Source: an uncultured Oscillospiraceae bacterium (GTDB lineage Bacteria > Bacillota > Clostridia > Saccharofermentanales > UBA5734). From it: 48,284 nucleotides of DNA. A model generated the notes under the pieces. The model was not told the DNA's origin, made no database searches, and was given only the letters and a program-made list of their open reading frames with translations. The DNA is taken from the NCBI GenBank assembly GCA_964465385.1, contig CAYXIM010000002.1, positions 1-48,284 on the forward strand, read 5' to 3'. Within the stretch, counting starts at the first letter, position 1, and each line of letters starts with the position of its first letter. A program made the translations under genes and the position numbers. Below are positions 1 to 10,382 of the stretch, piece after piece.

Positions 1-602
1 TGAAACAAGGTCCGTGCCCCGTCAGGTGCCCGGGTTACAATACCCGCAAAGATAATCAGGGAGATACCGTTGCCGATACCCGACTCGTTAATCTGTTCGC
101 CAATCCACATGATGAAGGCGGTCCCGGCGGTAAAGCTCAAAATGACCAGCAAGGCGTTCAGGACAAAGGGGATGGTCGGGGTCGCTGCCAGCCGCGTGGT
201 AAACCAGTAGGCTGTGGACTGGACCAGGGCCAGCACCACGGTCAGGTAACGGACGTATTTTTGGATTTTCTTGTTGCCCTCATCGCCTTCCTTCTGCAGC
301 CGCTCCAAAGCCGGGATGGCCACGGTCAGCAGCTGCATGATGATGGATGCATTGATGTAGGGGATGATGCCCAGCGAGAAGATGGACACTTGTTTGAAAG
401 CGCCCCCGGAAATGATGTTCAGGTAGCTGCCCAGCTGCCCGAATCGATCCAGCAGGCTGGTGAAGGCAGCCGCATCGATGCCCGGAACCGGAACCAGGAT
501 CCCGATCCGGTAGACCACCAGCATCAGCAAAGTAAACAAAAGTTTTTTGCGCAGATCCTGGATCTTGAAGGCATTTCTGATGGTCTCAAACATATTGGCC
601 AT
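1..602 (-). CDS. secY: preprotein translocase subunit SecY (N-terminal part; gene continues past the left edge)
   Basis: Minus-strand ATG at 600-602, directly after the rplO stop. Hand translation MANMFETIRNAFKIQDLRKKLLFTLLMLVVYRIG... is a SecY N-terminus, in the canonical position after rplO. Confidence 0.9.
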   Translation of the reverse strand, partial: MANMFETIRNAFKIQDLRKKLLFTLLMLVVYRIGILVPVPGIDAAAFTSLLDRFGQLGSYLNIISGGAFKQVSIFSLGIIPYINASIIMQLLTVAIPALERLQKEGDEGNKKIQKYVRYLTVVLALVQSTAYWFTTRLAATPTIPFVLNALLVILSFTAGTAFIMWIGEQINESGIGNGISLIIFAGIVTRAPDGARTLF

Positions 603-603
603 G

Positions 604-1053
604 TTATACCTCCTCGGCTACGCCTCCAGCCTTTTCGATTTTTTCTTTTGCAGAGCTCGTAAAGGCGTCGGCACGGACGGTCAGTTTGCGGCTGAGGGTC
701 CCTTGACCCAGGATTTTGATGCCGTCGTTGACCTTGGGCAGTTTGATGATGCCGGCGGCGTTCAAAACATCTGCGTCAACAATGGTTTCATCTTCAAACT
801 GGTCCAGATCACCGACATTGAGCTCAATGTAGTGTTTGGCAAACCGCTTGTTGTTGAAACCGCGTTTGGGCACCCGGCGGTAAAGCGGCATTTGTCCGCC
901 TTCAAAACCGGGCCGGACGCCACCGCCAGACCGTGCTTTTTGTCCTTTGTGGCCGCGACCGGCCGTTTTTCCGCTGCCTGATCCGGGGCCGCGGCCTTTG
1001 CGAAAGGCGTTCTCGCGGGCACCTGGGGTTGCGGACAATTCATTGAGTTTCAT
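604..1053 (-). CDS. rplO: 50S ribosomal protein L15
   Basis: ORF translation MKLNELS...[35 protein letters not shown] is the L15 signature; operon position fits. Confidence 0.97.
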   Translation of the reverse strand: MKLNELSATPGARENAFRKGRGPGSGSGKTAGRGHKGQKARSGGGVRPGFEGGQMPLYRRVPKRGFNNKRFAKHYIELNVGDLDQFEDETIVDADVLNAAGIIKLPKVNDGIKILGQGTLSRKLTVRADAFTSSAKEKIEKAGGVAEEV

Positions 1054-1068
1054 GATGGCTTGCCCTCC

Positions 1069-1248
1069 TTACGCTTCTTCACAGTGGACCAGGTGAGCCA
1101 CTTTTCTCACCATGCCCATAATCGAGTCGCTGGCATCATGGACAACCGTTTGACCGATTTTGCGCAGCCCAAGCGCCTGGACCGTCGCCACATGCTTTTT
1201 ATTGGCATTGCGCACGCTCTTGACAAGCGTGACTTTCACTTTCGTCAT
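1069..1248 (-). CDS. rpmD: 50S ribosomal protein L30
   Basis: MTKVKVTLVKSVRNANKKHVATVQALGLRKIGQTVVH... is L30. Start placed at the internal Met of ORF 1069..1266. Confidence 0.93.
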   Translation of the reverse strand: MTKVKVTLVKSVRNANKKHVATVQALGLRKIGQTVVHDASDSIMGMVRKVAHLVHCEEA

Positions 1249-1262
1249 GTCTCTTCCCCCCG

Positions 1263-1757
1263 TCACAGTATTTCGTCAACCGACTTGCCACGCAATTTGG
1301 CAACCTGTTCGGGAGATCTCAACGCTTTCAAGCCTTCGATGGTGGCATTGACCACGTTGTTCGGGTTATTGGATCCGAGCGATTTGGTCCGAATGTCACG
1401 GATGCCGGCCAACTCCAGAACCGCACGAACCGGTCCACCAGCGATAACACCTGTACCAGGCCCTGCAGGTTTGAGCAAGACTTTGCCGGCTCTGAACTCG
1501 CCCAGGACCTCGTGAGGAATGGTGGTGTTGCTGATCGGCACATCGATCATGTTTTTGCGGGCTTTGTCGATGCCTTTGCGGATAGCATCCGGAATTTCCG
1601 CCGCCTTGCCCAGGCCTTTGCCCACGCGGCCGTTCTCGTCACCGACAACGACCAGGGCGATGAAGCGGAAGTTGCGTCCGCCTTTGACCGTTTTGGCCAC
1701 ACGCCCAATATGAATGACCTTCTCTTTCAGGTCCATTGTATTCGTCTCCATGCGCAT
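1263..1757 (-). CDS. rpsE: 30S ribosomal protein S5
   Basis: [23 protein letters not shown] motif; GGGAGG RBS 7 nt upstream of the ATG at 1757. Confidence 0.97.
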   Translation of the reverse strand: MRMETNTMDLKEKVIHIGRVAKTVKGGRNFRFIALVVVGDENGRVGKGLGKAAEIPDAIRKGIDKARKNMIDVPISNTTIPHEVLGEFRAGKVLLKPAGPGTGVIAGGPVRAVLELAGIRDIRTKSLGSNNPNNVVNATIEGLKALRSPEQVAKLRGKSVDEIL

Positions 1758-1773
1758 GAAAGAACCTCCCTGC

Positions 1774-2142
1774 TTAGAATTTCAGTCCGGCTTCACGGGC
1801 TGCTTCGGCCAGTGCTGCCACACGGCCGTGGTAAATGTAGCCGCCGCGATCAAAGACGACTGTTGTGATGCCTTCGTCTTGCGCTCTGGCGGCAATCAGT
1901 TTGCCAACCTCAGCAGCACCTGCTTTGTTTCCGCCCGAAAGAGCCTGATCCCGAATGGTCTGGTCCAGGGTTGATGCGCTGACCAGGGTCCGGCCGGTGG
2001 TGTCATCGATCACCTGTGCATAGATATGCGACAGGCTGCGAAAGACGCACAGCCTCGGACGCTGGGTGGTTCCGCCGACCTTTTTGCGGACGCGGGCGTG
2101 TTTTCGTTTGCGAATCTCATTACGGCTTACTTTTTGACTCAT
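1774..2142 (-). CDS. rplR: 50S ribosomal protein L18
   Basis: [37 protein letters not shown] is typical of L18. Confidence 0.97.
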   Translation of the reverse strand: MSQKVSRNEIRKRKHARVRKKVGGTTQRPRLCVFRSLSHIYAQVIDDTTGRTLVSASTLDQTIRDQALSGGNKAGAAEVGKLIAARAQDEGITTVVFDRGGYIYHGRVAALAEAAREAGLKF

Positions 2143-2162
2143 GACTTTTCACCCTTTCAACG

Positions 2163-2708
2163 CTAAGCGCCCTTGGCTCCCGCTTTGCCTTCCTTCAGCC
2201 TCAAGGTTTCTGTATCATACTTAATGCCTTTGCCATGATACGGATCAGGAATGCGGAAAGCACGGATTTTCGCCGCTGTTTCGCCAACCAGTTGCTTGTC
2301 AGCCCCTTTGACGACCAGGCGGTTGGGTGCCGGCACATCGATGGTGATGCCCTGGGGCTCTTCGATCTCAATGGTATGGGAATAGCCCAGGTTGAAGACA
2401 ACCTTGTGGCCTTCTTTCACAGCCCTGAAGCCAATGCCGTTGATTTCGAGGTTCTTGCTGAAGCCGTCTGTCACGCCGATGACCATGTTGTTGATCAACG
2501 ATCGGGTCAAGCCGTGCAAGGCTTTCTGTTTTTTGCTGTCGTTGGTCCGTTCGACCAAAATCTGGTTGTCTTCAACCGACACAGCCATCTCGGGATGGAT
2601 CAGCTGAACCAGGGTCTGCGACCCCTTGCTGACCGTGATGCTGTTGCCGTCCAGCGCTGCTGTGACGCCTTCGGGAAGCACAACCGGCATTTTTCCAATT
2701 CTGGACAT
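2163..2708 (-). CDS. rplF: 50S ribosomal protein L6
   Basis: MSRIGKMPVVLPEGV... is L6; GGGAGGAAAAGAA RBS before the internal ATG at 2708 of ORF 2163..2744. Confidence 0.96.
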   Translation of the reverse strand: MSRIGKMPVVLPEGVTAALDGNSITVSKGSQTLVQLIHPEMAVSVEDNQILVERTNDSKKQKALHGLTRSLINNMVIGVTDGFSKNLEINGIGFRAVKEGHKVVFNLGYSHTIEIEEPQGITIDVPAPNRLVVKGADKQLVGETAAKIRAFRIPDPYHGKGIKYDTETLRLKEGKAGAKGA

Positions 2709-2775
2709 TTCTTTTCCTCCCACTCTTAAGATTACGGGCAGCACACCCGGTGGCCGCTGCCTTTTTCAGAGTTCC

Positions 2776-3171
2776 TTACCAGACGTAGGCCATGACTTCG
2801 CCGCCAACGCCCAGTTCTCTTGCTTTTTTATCCGTCATGATCCCCTTCGAGGTGGAGATCACAGCGATTCCCAGACCATCCAGCACTTGTGGCAGTTGGT
2901 CCTTGCCAGCGTGAACACGCAGGCCCGGTTTCGAAATCCTTTTCAGACCCGAAATCACGGATCGTTTTTGCACGTATTTCAAGGTGATGCGAATCAGGCC
3001 CTGCTTGTCATCTGAAATGCTTTCCACCCGGGAAATATACCCTTCTTCAAGCAGAATGTTGGCTATGGCCAGTTTGACCTTGGAGGCCGGGATGTCACAT
3101 CGCGGGTGTCCGGCTCGACCGGCATTGCGGATGCGTGTCAACATATCGGCAACGGTATCTGTAATTTGCAT
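2776..3171 (-). CDS. rpsH: 30S ribosomal protein S8
   Basis: [17 protein letters not shown]... is an S8 N-terminus. Confidence 0.97.
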   Translation of the reverse strand: MQITDTVADMLTRIRNAGRAGHPRCDIPASKVKLAIANILLEEGYISRVESISDDKQGLIRITLKYVQKRSVISGLKRISKPGLRVHAGKDQLPQVLDGLGIAVISTSKGIMTDKKARELGVGGEVMAYVW

Positions 3172-3198
3172 CTGAGTTCCTCCTTCCCGTCTCCGGTG

Positions 3199-3384
3199 TT
3201 ACCAGCTGGCCTTACGAACGCCAGGTATTTGACCTTTGTAAGCCAGTTCTCTGAAACAGAGGCGGCAAACACCGTATTTGCGCAGGTAGGCATGCGGGCG
3301 GCCACAGAGCTTGCAGCGATTATAGGCACGCGTCGAATACTTCGGCTTGGCCTGTTGTTTTAACCTCAGTGATTTTTTTGCCAT
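3199..3384 (-). CDS. rpsN: 30S ribosomal protein S14, type Z (zinc-binding, 61 aa)
   Basis: 61-aa protein with CKLCGRP...CRLCFRE Cys4 motif; sits between rplE and rpsH. Confidence 0.96.
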   Translation of the reverse strand: MAKKSLRLKQQAKPKYSTRAYNRCKLCGRPHAYLRKYGVCRLCFRELAYKGQIPGVRKASW

Positions 3385-3400
3385 GTTCCGGTCCCTCCGC

Positions 3401-3940
3401 TCACTTTCTAAACGGCATGCCGAGCAGTTGCAGAAGCGCTCTGGCCTCTTCGTCGGTTTTTGCCGTTGTCACGATGATAATATCCAGGCCCCGGATTTTA
3501 TCGATCGAATCATAATCAATTTCAGGGAATATCAGCTGCTCTTTGGCGCCCATCGCAAAGTTGCCATGACCGTCAAACGAGTTGGGGTTGATCCCCCTGA
3601 AGTCCCGGACACGGGGCAGGGCGATGCTGATGAACTTGTCTAAGAATTCATACATCCGCTCACCACGCAGGGTCACCTTGCAGCCAATTTCCATGCCGGC
3701 ACGCAGCTTAAAGGCGGCCACCGAACGCTTGGCCTTGGTGACAACCGCCTTTTGGCCGGCAATGGTCGACAACGCCTCAACCGCATGGTCCATGGCCTTG
3801 GCGTTTTCCTTGGCATCGCCAACACCCATGTTCAGGACGATTTTTTCCAGCTTGGGAATCTCCATGACAGAGCGGTAGTTAAACTGTTTCTGCAGAGCAG
3901 GAGCAGCTTCATTTTTGTACTTGTCTTTAAGCCTTGACAT
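3401..3940 (-). CDS. rplE: 50S ribosomal protein L5
   Basis: [43 protein letters not shown] is L5. Confidence 0.97.
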   Translation of the reverse strand: MSRLKDKYKNEAAPALQKQFNYRSVMEIPKLEKIVLNMGVGDAKENAKAMDHAVEALSTIAGQKAVVTKAKRSVAAFKLRAGMEIGCKVTLRGERMYEFLDKFISIALPRVRDFRGINPNSFDGHGNFAMGAKEQLIFPEIDYDSIDKIRGLDIIIVTTAKTDEEARALLQLLGMPFRK

Positions 3941-3953
3941 GCTTCTGCCTCCT

Positions 3954-4304
3954 TTACTGCCTGACCGGCCTGGCCTGGCGGATGGTGTCGATCATCTGGT
4001 CGCAGGCCTTGCAATAGCGGATCTTCTCACCATTTTCCAGGATCTTGCGTCCGGTTTTACTGGGCCGTTTACACTTGCTGCACACCAGCATCACGTTAGA
4101 AGCGTGGATCCAGCCTTCCTGCTGGATGATCCCGCCCTGCTGGGTCTGGCTGCGCGGCTTTTTATGCTTGGTTACGATGTTGACCCCTTCAACCAGAACG
4201 CGTCCTTTATTGGGATCAACGTCCAGAACTTTACCGGTCCGTCCGGCGTCTTTACCGGTGCGTACATAGACCTGGTCGTTCCTTTTGACATGTACTTTCG
4301 TCAT
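3954..4304 (-). CDS. rplX: 50S ribosomal protein L24 (variant with a C-terminal Cys4 zinc-ribbon)
   Basis: KOW region [14 protein letters not shown] plus [13 protein letters not shown]; C-terminal CSKC...CKAC pairs; operon position fits. Confidence 0.95.
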   Translation of the reverse strand: MTKVHVKRNDQVYVRTGKDAGRTGKVLDVDPNKGRVLVEGVNIVTKHKKPRSQTQQGGIIQQEGWIHASNVMLVCSKCKRPSKTGRKILENGEKIRYCKACDQMIDTIRQARPVRQ

Positions 4305-4318
4305 TGAACCTGTCCCCC

Positions 4319-4687
4319 TTACAGTACTTCCGGAGCCAAAGACAGGATCTTCATGTAGTCCTTATCTCTCAGTTCCCTGGCAATCGGCCCAAAAATCCGG
4401 GTACCCCGCGGGTTTTTGTCTTCCTTGATGATCACGGCCGCGTTCTCGTCAAATTTGATGTAGGAGCCATCCGGACGCCGGACCGCTTTTTTGGTCCGGA
4501 CGACCACGGCGCGAACGATTTCACCTTTTTTCACCACACCGCCGGGCGTCGCTTCTTTGACCGAACACACAATGACATCGCCGATACTGGCAGACCGGCG
4601 CATGGTGCCACCGAGCACCTTGATGCACATCAGCCGCCTGGCTCCGGTATTATCAGCAGATTTTAATTGGGTCTGTACCTGAATCAT
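4319..4687 (-). CDS. rplN: 50S ribosomal protein L14
   Basis: [27 protein letters not shown] is L14. Confidence 0.98.
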   Translation of the reverse strand: MIQVQTQLKSADNTGARRLMCIKVLGGTMRRSASIGDVIVCSVKEATPGGVVKKGEIVRAVVVRTKKAVRRPDGSYIKFDENAAVIIKEDKNPRGTRIFGPIARELRDKDYMKILSLAPEVL

Positions 4688-4713
4688 ACGGATCTTCCTC
4701 CCTGATCAATGCG

Positions 4714-4971
4714 TTATTTCGCTTTTTCAATGATGTCGACCAGGCGCCAGCGCTTTTCTTTGCTGTAGGGCCGTGTCTCCATCACGCGAACCTTGTCACC
4801 GATCTTGCAACGATTCTCTTCGTCATGTGCCTTCAGTTTATAGGTCCGTTTCATGGTTTTTTTATACAAAGGATGTTGGACGTGCTCTGTAACCGACACG
4901 ACGATGGTTTTATCCATCTTATCGCTACTGACCAATCCCACACGGGTCTTTCTGGCATTGCGCTCACTCAC
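4714..4971 (-). CDS. rpsQ: 30S ribosomal protein S17
   Basis: [24 protein letters not shown] is S17. The GTG at 4971 has an AAGGGGGAAG RBS; the ORF is open up to 4989, so the start is uncertain. Confidence 0.9.
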   Translation of the reverse strand: MSERNARKTRVGLVSSDKMDKTIVVSVTEHVQHPLYKKTMKRTYKLKAHDEENRCKIGDKVRVMETRPYSKEKRWRLVDIIEKAK

Positions 4972-4985
4972 AGCTTCTTCCCCCT

Positions 4986-5189
4986 TCACTCTTTGATACC
5001 TTGCAGCTCACGTTCACGAAGGATCGTTTTAACGCGAGCAATGTCTCTTTTGACGCTCCGCAGTTTCAGAGGGTTTTCCAGCTGGTTGATGGCGTGCTGA
5101 AAGCGAAGTTTGAAGAGCTCATCCTTAAGCTCGGTCAGCTCCTGATTCAATTCAGCGATTGTTTTCTCACGAAGTTCACTCGGCTTCAT
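4986..5189 (-). CDS. rpmC: 50S ribosomal protein L29
   Basis: [31 protein letters not shown] is L29. Start taken at the internal Met of ORF 4986..5324. Confidence 0.93.
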   Translation of the reverse strand: MKPSELREKTIAELNQELTELKDELFKLRFQHAINQLENPLKLRSVKRDIARVKTILRERELQGIKE

Positions 5190-5610
5190 GAACGTCACCT
5201 TCCTTCTTTCGCGTGACGAATTTCGTCTTGCAGGGGAGCTTGTGGGCGGCAAGCCGCATGGCTTCACGCGCCGCTTCTTCTGACACCCCGTCGATTTCAA
5301 ACAAAATTCTGCCTGGTTTGACAACGGCCACCCAGTATTCGGGCGAGCCTTTGCCTGAACCCATCCGCGTCTCTGCCGGTTTGGAGGTCACCGGCTTATC
5401 CGGGAAAATCTTGATCCAAACCTGACCACCCCTGCGGGTGAAACGGTTGATGGCGATACGGGCCGCTTCAATCTGGTTGCTGGTGATCCAGCAAGGCTCC
5501 AGGGCTTTCAAACCATATTCACCGTAGGCAATGGTATGGCCCCGGGTTGCCAGGCCGGTCATGCGGCCACGGTGCTGTTTCCTGTATTTAACACGCTTGG
5601 GAAGCAACAT
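5176..5610 (-). CDS. rplP: 50S ribosomal protein L16
   Basis: [19 protein letters not shown] is L16. Confidence 0.98.
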   Translation of the reverse strand: MLLPKRVKYRKQHRGRMTGLATRGHTIAYGEYGLKALEPCWITSNQIEAARIAINRFTRRGGQVWIKIFPDKPVTSKPAETRMGSGKGSPEYWVAVVKPGRILFEIDGVSEEAAREAMRLAAHKLPCKTKFVTRKKEGDVHEAE

Positions 5611-6281
5611 CAGGATTCGCCTCCTTCCAGGTCCTTGGTCTTCTTAGGTGCAGGGAATATTTCACCCTTGTAAATCCACACCTTGACGCCGATACGCCCA
5701 TAGGTGGTTTTGGCTTCTGCAAAGCCGTAATCAATGTCCGCCCGCAGGGTCTGCAGGGGAATGGTTCCTTCGCGGTAGTGTTCGCGGCGGGCAATTTCGG
5801 CGCCGCCCAAACGGCCGCTGACCGCTGTCTTGATGCCGCGGGCACCCATCTTCATGGCACGGCCCATGGCTTGTTTCATGGCCCGGCGGAAGGACACACG
5901 CTCCTCCAGCTGTCGGGCGATGTTTTCAGCCACCAGCTGGGCATCCGTGTCGATGGATTTGATTTCGCGGATGTTGATGAAAAAGGTTCGCTTGAAGCGC
6001 TGGGTCAGTTTGCGTTTAAGCTCTTCAATCCCGGCTCCCTGACGGCCGATGATGATACCAGGTTTTCCGGCAGAGATGGTCACTTGAACCTTTTCTTCAC
6101 CTTTGCGTTCTATTTCAATCCGTGAAACACCGGCCCGGAAGGCCTCTTTTTTAATCAGGTCACGGATTTTCTTGTCTTCAACCAGGAAGCGGCTGAAGTC
6201 TTTTTTATCGGCATACCACCTGGTATCCCAGTCTTTAATGACGCCTACGCGCAGTCCATGCGGATTAACCTTCTGCCCCAT
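5610..6281 (-). CDS. rpsC: 30S ribosomal protein S3
   Basis: [27 protein letters not shown] is S3. Confidence 0.98.
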   Translation of the reverse strand: MGQKVNPHGLRVGVIKDWDTRWYADKKDFSRFLVEDKKIRDLIKKEAFRAGVSRIEIERKGEEKVQVTISAGKPGIIIGRQGAGIEELKRKLTQRFKRTFFINIREIKSIDTDAQLVAENIARQLEERVSFRRAMKQAMGRAMKMGARGIKTAVSGRLGGAEIARREHYREGTIPLQTLRADIDYGFAEAKTTYGRIGVKVWIYKGEIFPAPKKTKDLEGGES

Positions 6282-6284
6282 CTG

Positions 6285-6770
6285 TCAGCCTCCTCCATTC
6301 ATTTCTTTGACAACCAACGTCACATGGCTGGTTCTTTTGCGAATTCGTGCAGCGCTGCCGCGGGCTCTGGGGATGATCCGTTTCAAAACGGGACCCGGGT
6401 TGGCATAGCAATCGGCGACATACAGCAGATCGCGCGACAGGCTGTTGTTGTTAACCGCGTTGGCCTCGGCGGAATGCAGCAGTTTCGCCAGCACCGGTGA
6501 GGCTGCCTTGGGCGTGTATTTCAAGATGGCATAGGCCTCATCGATTGATTTGCCTTTGATCAGATCGATGACGATGGCCATCTTGCCAGGGGCGATCCGG
6601 ATGTGCTTGGCCACGGCACGGCCTTCATCCCGTCCCATGCCCAGCACCTTGCGCTCCTTCTTGGTCAAATACCGTCTGCGCTGGCTTTTGCGTGATGGCT
6701 GGGCATACTGGCGCAAAATTTCTTCACGATTTTCCAGCAGGTATTCTTTGGACATTACTTTTTTTCCCAT
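6285..6770 (-). CDS. rplV: 50S ribosomal protein L22 (with an N-terminal extension of about 45 aa if the 6770 start is used)
   Basis: The core AVAKHIRIAPGKMAIVIDLIKGKSIDEAYAILKYTPKAASPVLAKLL is L22. The ORF opens 30 nt after the rpsS stop. Confidence 0.92.
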   Translation of the reverse strand: MGKKVMSKEYLLENREEILRQYAQPSRKSQRRRYLTKKERKVLGMGRDEGRAVAKHIRIAPGKMAIVIDLIKGKSIDEAYAILKYTPKAASPVLAKLLHSAEANAVNNNSLSRDLLYVADCYANPGPVLKRIIPRARGSAARIRKRTSHVTLVVKEMNGGG

Positions 6771-6800
6771 ACGTCGTTACTCCCCTTTCCTGCGCCGGCC

Positions 6801-7082
6801 TTAACGGCCGCCAGAGCTTCTTTCTGAGCCGGCATGGCCCCTGAAAAAACGGGTGGGAGCAAACTCGCCGAGTTTGTGTCCGACCATTTCCTCGGTGATG
6901 TAGACCGGCACGTGCCGGCGTCCATCGTGTACCGCAATGGTGTGTCCCACCATTTCCGGGAAAATGGTCGACGCCCTGGACCAGGTCTTGACAACCCTTT
7001 TTTCATTTTTCGCATTCATCGCTTCAATTCGTTTCATCAGGGCTTCCTGGACGAAAAAGCCTTTTTTGACAGATCTGCTCAT
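6801..7082 (-). CDS. rpsS: 30S ribosomal protein S19
   Basis: [20 protein letters not shown]...[27 protein letters not shown] is S19. Confidence 0.98.
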   Translation of the reverse strand: MSRSVKKGFFVQEALMKRIEAMNAKNEKRVVKTWSRASTIFPEMVGHTIAVHDGRRHVPVYITEEMVGHKLGEFAPTRFFRGHAGSERSSGGR

Positions 7083-7103
7083 ATGACGAAAGCCTCCAAT
7101 TGA

Positions 7104-7934
7104 TTAGCTGTTCCTTCTCTTGATAATGTACTTGTTGGAAGGTTTGTTGCGTTTTCTGGTTTTCTTGCCCAGCGTCGGAACACCCCAGGGGGTCAGAGGG
7201 CTCGGCATGCCGATCGGAGATCTGCCTTCACCACCGCCATGGGGGTGGTCGACAGGGTTCATAGCAAGGCCGCGGACGCTGGGGCGCACACCCATGTTGC
7301 GTTTCCTGCCCGCTTTTCCAATGGTGATGTTCTCATGCTCGCTGTTGCCAACCGATCCGATGGTCGCACGGCAGCGCACGCTGATCATGCGTACTTCGCC
7401 TGAGGGCAGGCGGATTTGTGCAAAGCCGCCTTCTTTGGCCATCAGCTGGGCGCTGGCACCGGCAGTCCGGACCATCTGGGCGCCCTTGCCCGGTTTCATT
7501 TCAATGTTGTGGATCGTCGTGCCCAACGGAATGGTTTCCAGGGTCTTGGCGTTCCCAGGCACGATATCGGCGTCCGGTCCGCTCTGGACCTGGTCGCCCA
7601 CTTTCAAGCCTTCCGGCGCAAGGATGTAGGCCTTGGCGCCATCCGCATACTGGATCAAAGCCAGGTGGGCCGTCCGGTTGGGATCGTATTCAATGGCTTT
7701 AACCGTGGCGGGGATACCGTCCTTGTTTCTCTTCCAGTCAATGATCCGGATTTTTCTGCGGTTGCCGCCGCCAATGTGGCGCACGGTGATGCGGCCATAG
7801 ACGTTGCGGCCACCCGTTTTCTTGCGCTTGACCAGCAAGCTTTTTTCAGGTGCTTTGGTCGACAGCTGGCTGTAATCGGCCGAAGTCATCTGACGCCTGG
7901 CTGGAGAAGTCGGTTTGTAGCTTTTAACTGCCAT
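7104..7934 (-). CDS. rplB: 50S ribosomal protein L2
   Basis: [17 protein letters not shown]... is L2. The ORF is open to 7943, but the MAVK start matches the family N-terminus. Confidence 0.96.
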   Translation of the reverse strand: MAVKSYKPTSPARRQMTSADYSQLSTKAPEKSLLVKRKKTGGRNVYGRITVRHIGGGNRRKIRIIDWKRNKDGIPATVKAIEYDPNRTAHLALIQYADGAKAYILAPEGLKVGDQVQSGPDADIVPGNAKTLETIPLGTTIHNIEMKPGKGAQMVRTAGASAQLMAKEGGFAQIRLPSGEVRMISVRCRATIGSVGNSEHENITIGKAGRKRNMGVRPSVRGLAMNPVDHPHGGGEGRSPIGMPSPLTPWGVPTLGKKTRKRNKPSNKYIIKRRNS

Positions 7935-7968
7935 GGTGGTCATTCACTCCTTCTCGTGCTGGCACGGC

Positions 7969-8322
7969 TTACTGGCCGAACCCGAATTCCTCAATCGAGG
8001 TTTTGTATCTGCGTGTCACCTGGGTTTCCTTGCCGCCCTCCACCTGGTAGCTTTCAGGTTTGGGGTCCATGTCAATGGTCACCAGGGCTTTTTTCCAGGA
8101 GGACGTCAGCCCCTGGTGGACACCCATGCGCTTGGATTTGCCGCTGTATTGGACGGTGTTGACTTTTTTGACCTTCACCTTGAACAGCTGCTCGCAGGCA
8201 CGGCGGATTTGCGGCTTTGTCGCTGATTTATCAACAACAAAGGTGTATTTCCCGACGGCTGCATCGCTGGTGCTCTTTTCCGTAATCACCGGTCGAATGA
8301 TAATATCCTGCGCCGCTTTCAT
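7969..8322 (-). CDS. rplW: 50S ribosomal protein L23 (longer than usual C-terminus)
   Basis: IIRPVITEKSTSDAAVGKYTFVVDKSATKPQIRRACEQLFKVKV is L23. Confidence 0.96.
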   Translation of the reverse strand: MKAAQDIIIRPVITEKSTSDAAVGKYTFVVDKSATKPQIRRACEQLFKVKVKKVNTVQYSGKSKRMGVHQGLTSSWKKALVTIDMDPKPESYQVEGGKETQVTRRYKTSIEEFGFGQ

Positions 8323-8945
8323 GATGCATACACCTCCTGAACTTTCAAGATCGCATCCTGGGTCACGACACAGGTATCGAACTTGAGCAGATCGTAAACA
8401 TGAATCGAATGCACCGGCGCCGTTTTGACACCGCGCAGGTTGCGGGCCGATTTCACAACTTTTTCATCGCTGTTGAGGGTCACCAGAAGCGTCGTTGTGT
8501 CTGCGCCGAGTTTTTTAAGCAGCTGGCTCATGCGGGCCGTCTTGATTTCAGGCAAGGTCAGGTCTTCTAAAACGATGACCTGCTTGCTGGCCAGCTTGGC
8601 AGACCAGGCCGACCGGATGGCCAAACGGCGCATTTTCTTGGGCATGCTCATGCGGTAGGAACGCGGCTTGGGCCCGAAGATGACGCCGCCTCCCACATGC
8701 TGGGCGGACCGGATGGAGCCCTGGCGGGCGCGGCCGGTGCCCTTCTGGCGGTAAGGCTTTCTGCCGCCACCGCGCACTTCGCTGCGCGTTTTGGTGGCGT
8801 GGGTGCCCTGGCGCTGGTTAGCCAGGTACATCAAGACGCTGCGGTGCATGACGTCCTGGTTGGGCTCAATACCAAAAACAGTGTCATCGAGTTCGAGCGT
8901 GCCCGTCACAACGCCTTCCATGTTGTATACATCAACTTTTGCCAT
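8319..8945 (-). CDS. rplD: 50S ribosomal protein L4
   Basis: [43 protein letters not shown] is L4. Confidence 0.98.
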   Translation of the reverse strand: MAKVDVYNMEGVVTGTLELDDTVFGIEPNQDVMHRSVLMYLANQRQGTHATKTRSEVRGGGRKPYRQKGTGRARQGSIRSAQHVGGGVIFGPKPRSYRMSMPKKMRRLAIRSAWSAKLASKQVIVLEDLTLPEIKTARMSQLLKKLGADTTTLLVTLNSDEKVVKSARNLRGVKTAPVHSIHVYDLLKFDTCVVTQDAILKVQEVYAS

Positions 8946-8969
8946 TGTTATGATCCTCCTTCACGCCCG

Positions 8970-9599
8970 TTACCGGGATTTGACGGATGTGGTGATGTCC
9001 ACAATACCGCCCCGCGGTCCCGGAACAGCGCCCCTGACAACCAGAATGTTGCGCTCGCCATCTGCCATGACCACCTTGAGGTTTTGAACTGTCACAGCTT
9101 CACGCCCCATCTGGCCGGGCATTTTCTTGCCTTTGAAGACACGTCCCGGCGTCGCAGAGGATCCCATGGATCCCTGGCCGCGGTGGTAATGAGACCCGTG
9201 GGTCTTGGGTCCACGCGAAAGGCCGTGGCGCTTGATCACACCGGCATAGCCTTTTCCTTTGGAAACACCGCTGACATCCACTTGATCGCCAACCTGGAAC
9301 ATGTCGCTGACCGTCAGTTCCTGGCCAGGCTCATACGTTTCATCTGTTTTAAATTCACGCATGACCTGCCTGGGCTCGAGGCCGGCTTTCTCGTATTGTC
9401 CTTTTATCGGCCGGATCACCTTATCTGGGTTCACGGTGCCATAGCCAACCTGGACGGCCTGGTAGCCATCACGGTCCTGGTTTTTGTTCTGGATCACGAC
9501 AAGCGGGCCACAGTCAATGACCGTGGCGGGTATGGCCAGCCCATCTTCATCAAAGAGTTGGGTCATACCGACTTTTTTGCCGATCATGAATTTTGTCAT
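8970..9599 (-). CDS. rplC: 50S ribosomal protein L3
   Basis: IGKKVGMTQLFDEDGLAIPATVI... is L3. Confidence 0.98.
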   Translation of the reverse strand: MTKFMIGKKVGMTQLFDEDGLAIPATVIDCGPLVVIQNKNQDRDGYQAVQVGYGTVNPDKVIRPIKGQYEKAGLEPRQVMREFKTDETYEPGQELTVSDMFQVGDQVDVSGVSKGKGYAGVIKRHGLSRGPKTHGSHYHRGQGSMGSSATPGRVFKGKKMPGQMGREAVTVQNLKVVMADGERNILVVRGAVPGPRGGIVDITTSVKSR

Positions 9600-9665
9600 T
9601 CTTGCTACCTCCTGGTTATTGGTTCACAGCGGGTGTGAACATGACCATGTGTTCAAGCCACACGC

Positions 9666-9977
9666 TTACAGCTTGATTTCAATGTTGACGCCTGCCGGCA
9701 TCTCCAGCTTCATCAGGGCTTCCACGGTTTTGGTGTTCGGTGTCAGCACATCAATCAGGCGCTTGTGGGTCCTGATTTCAAACTGCTCACGCGCATCCTT
9801 GTATTTATGCGGCGAACGCAAAATCGTCACGATTTCTTTTTCCGTCGGCAAGGGAATCGGACCGGAAATGACGGCGCCTGTGCGTTTGGCCGTCTCCACA
9901 ATACGCTCGGCACTTTCATCCAAGATGTTGTGGTCGAAAGCCTTCAGTCTGATTCTGATTTTTTGATTTGATGCCAT
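9666..9977 (-). CDS. rpsJ: 30S ribosomal protein S10
   Basis: [35 protein letters not shown] is S10; GGTAGGAGG RBS upstream of the ATG at 9977. Confidence 0.97.
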   Translation of the reverse strand: MASNQKIRIRLKAFDHNILDESAERIVETAKRTGAVISGPIPLPTEKEIVTILRSPHKYKDAREQFEIRTHKRLIDVLTPNTKTVEALMKLEMPAGVNIEIKL

Positions 9978-10239
9978 GTGGGTCAAACCTCCTACCATGC
10001 TTTTCAGGTTTCACCTGTGCCGGGCGTTTCATTTCTCTTCATCATAATACCCAGTCATCCGTTTTGTATTCCGGCGCTGGGCACATGCGATCCACGCACA
10101 CTGCGTCCAGGTTGGTCCTGTCACCCGGCTTCGATCCGGGCTGGCTCTTTTGAAGTTACCCGCCGCGAACCGCAGCAGTCCGGACGGCAATCTCCAAAGT
10201 CTTCGCTTGCGCACACTGTCAAAAAGGCGCGCACTTGAT

Positions 10240-10268
10240 ATCTTATAACAGAAGTCTGGCAAATGCAA
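10240..10268 (-). promoter_or_regulatory. candidate sigma-A promoter of the S10 operon
   Basis: Minus strand TTGCAT (10263-10268), 17-nt spacer, TAAGAT (10240-10245). Lies just downstream of the terminator of the preceding gene. Confidence 0.45.
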
Positions 10269-10312
10269 GGGGAAAACGATCTTTTTTCTCCATTTTTCCT
10301 CCAGAAACCAAC

Positions 10313-10356
10313 ATTCAAAAAACCAGCACCGTTTTTCAGGCAAAACGGTGCTGGTT
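10313..10356 (-). terminator. rho-independent terminator after the 131-aa hypothetical gene
   Basis: Perfect 15-bp stem AACCAGCACCGTTTT / AAAACGGTGCTGGTT (10321-10335 / 10342-10356) with a 6-nt loop, followed on the minus strand by a T-run. Confidence 0.85.
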
Positions 10357-10382
10357 GATCCATCCCCGAGGGGCGTGATTGC

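Noticed and set aside
5155-5205. My hand translation of the printed bases around 5160-5200 came out one nucleotide out of register with the ORF track for rplP/rpmC: an apparent extra T near 5161 and a missing T near 5200.
   Set aside because: The two offsets cancel, the flanking frames agree with the track, and both proteins are intact in the track. I treat this as my own reading error rather than a frameshift or pseudogene. Coordinates follow the ORF track.
8697-9638. Long antisense ORFs opposite confirmed genes (8697..9638+, 13147..14202+, 27094..28089+, 35908..36918-, 43269..44333+ and many shorter ones).
   Set aside because: They lie fully inside well-supported genes on the other strand, and their translations are Arg/Gly/Pro/Ala-rich low-complexity sequence with no recognisable domains or RBS. 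These are the typical shadow ORFs of GC-rich DNA.
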